Positions 63,197 through 64,000 of a stretch of 64,000 bases of DNA are shown here, piece by piece. Source of the DNA: Verrucomicrobiaceae bacterium (GTDB taxonomy: Bacteria; Verrucomicrobiota; Verrucomicrobiia; Verrucomicrobiales; Akkermansiaceae); assembly GCA_051252135.1 (NCBI GenBank), contig JBPOGH010000011.1:32001-96000 (forward strand), given 5' to 3'. Position 1 is the stretch's first letter; each line of letters opens with the position of its first letter. The notes beneath the pieces were generated by a model. It searched no databases. It worked only from the letters and a program-made list of their open reading frames with translations, and had not been told where the DNA came from. Position numbers and translations under genes: made by a program.

Positions 63197-63224
63197 TTTC
63201 CAACCCCACCCATAATCAATAAAT

Positions 63225-63259
63225 AAAGAGGGCAGGTCTTCGGACCTGCCCTCTTTTTT
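63225..63259. terminator. Intrinsic, probably bidirectional terminator between the EF-hand gene and clpB
   Basis: 14-bp stem AAAGAGGGCAGGTC / GACCTGCCCTCTTT with a TTCG tetraloop, T tract on the right and A-rich on the left. Confidence 0.9.
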
Positions 63260-63295
63260 GATTCCTTGTCACGGCGGTCGATCACCGCCGCTCAC

Positions 63296-64000
<705 letters not shown>

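Overview
Bacterial chromosome segment, most likely Verrucomicrobiota. This is inferred from an Amuc_1098-1102-type secretin cluster, a DUF1549/DUF1553 + DUF1501 pair, the absence of rpmD and PVC-style secreted proteins. About 1-43 kb is almost entirely minus-strand. It holds a fused str/S10/spc ribosomal superoperon (rpsL to secY-adk-map) that lacks tuf, rpsN and rpmD and has two non-ribosomal envelope genes inserted. It also holds tRNA-Met, gap, gyrB-gyrA, rnd, a furin-like S8 protease with a secreted partner, a divergent Rho with a repeat-rich N-terminal extension, coaE and the five-gene secretin/PilM cluster. About 43-64 kb is mixed-strand and extremely C-rich on the + strand. It holds aroD, a DinG helicase, a BlaI/M56 pair, sulfatase, S9 peptidase, eboD-eboF, Nudix, DUF1553/DUF1501, gluconolactonase, GntR, dxr-cdsA, an EF-hand protein and the 3' end of clpB. 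No CRISPR array, rRNA, transposase or integrase was seen. The best leads are the translationally coupled envelope gene inside the S10 operon, the matching RGG tails on S3 and S5, the VNTR-bearing divergent Rho, and a Ca-loop plus C-terminal domain shared by two secreted proteins, whose Ca-loop recurs in a secretin-cluster component. All family calls come from motif recognition by eye, with no database searches.
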